From Thermoanaerobaculia bacterium (GTDB taxonomy: Bacteria; Acidobacteriota; Thermoanaerobaculia; UBA5066): DNA of 64,000 bases. The translations under genes were made by a program, and so were the position numbers. This document shows positions 63,995 through 64,000 of the stretch, piece after piece. The notes beneath the pieces are model-generated. The model saw nothing but the letters and a program-made list of their open reading frames with translations, was not told the DNA's origin and did no database searches. Position 1 is the stretch's first letter. Every line of letters begins with the position of its first letter. The stretch covers positions 512,001 through 576,000 of the forward strand of contig CAWFJJ010000001.1 in the NCBI GenBank assembly GCA_963816185.1, read 5' to 3'.

Positions 63995-64000
63995 CGGAGG

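Overview
High-GC (~70% by eye) bacterial chromosomal window, most consistent with Acidobacteriota (Thermoanaerobaculia-like). This is an inference from the GWxTD/VWA fusion and a 'PCRVFDTR' C-terminal domain. It contains: (i) a complete divergent heme-biosynthesis cluster (hemE-N-H-Y on the minus strand, ccsA-hemA-C-D-B-L plus kynU on the plus strand); (ii) a ~9 kb extracellular electron transfer operon joining an MtrC-MtrA-MtrB type porin-cytochrome conduit, a small monoheme cytochrome, a split CbcL-like multiheme/cytochrome b pair and an ImcH-like NapC/NirT protein, followed by a DHOD-like flavoprotein and a PAS-LuxR regulator; (iii) housekeeping and envelope genes (aroC, carB, lysC-thrB-thrC, iscS, maf, ade, ECF sigma/anti-sigma/Spy, parC, ispH, sigma54 activator, Rieske protein). 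Three signals are not explained by the gene calls. First, a dispersed AT-rich motif, CTTCTAAGAAATC, sits in pyrimidine tracts, is conserved at DNA level across strands and frames, and coincides with Ser-rich inserts in proteins. Second, a 16-bp palindrome, TGATGCA-N2-TGNATCA, occurs at three redox-gene upstream regions. Third, a 24-bp inverted repeat carries two outward-facing TTGACA boxes. At least 7 frameshifts cluster at 19.7-29.5 kb and are probably consensus errors. No rRNA, tRNA, CRISPR array or transposase was seen. All calls come from manual reading; no database searches were run.
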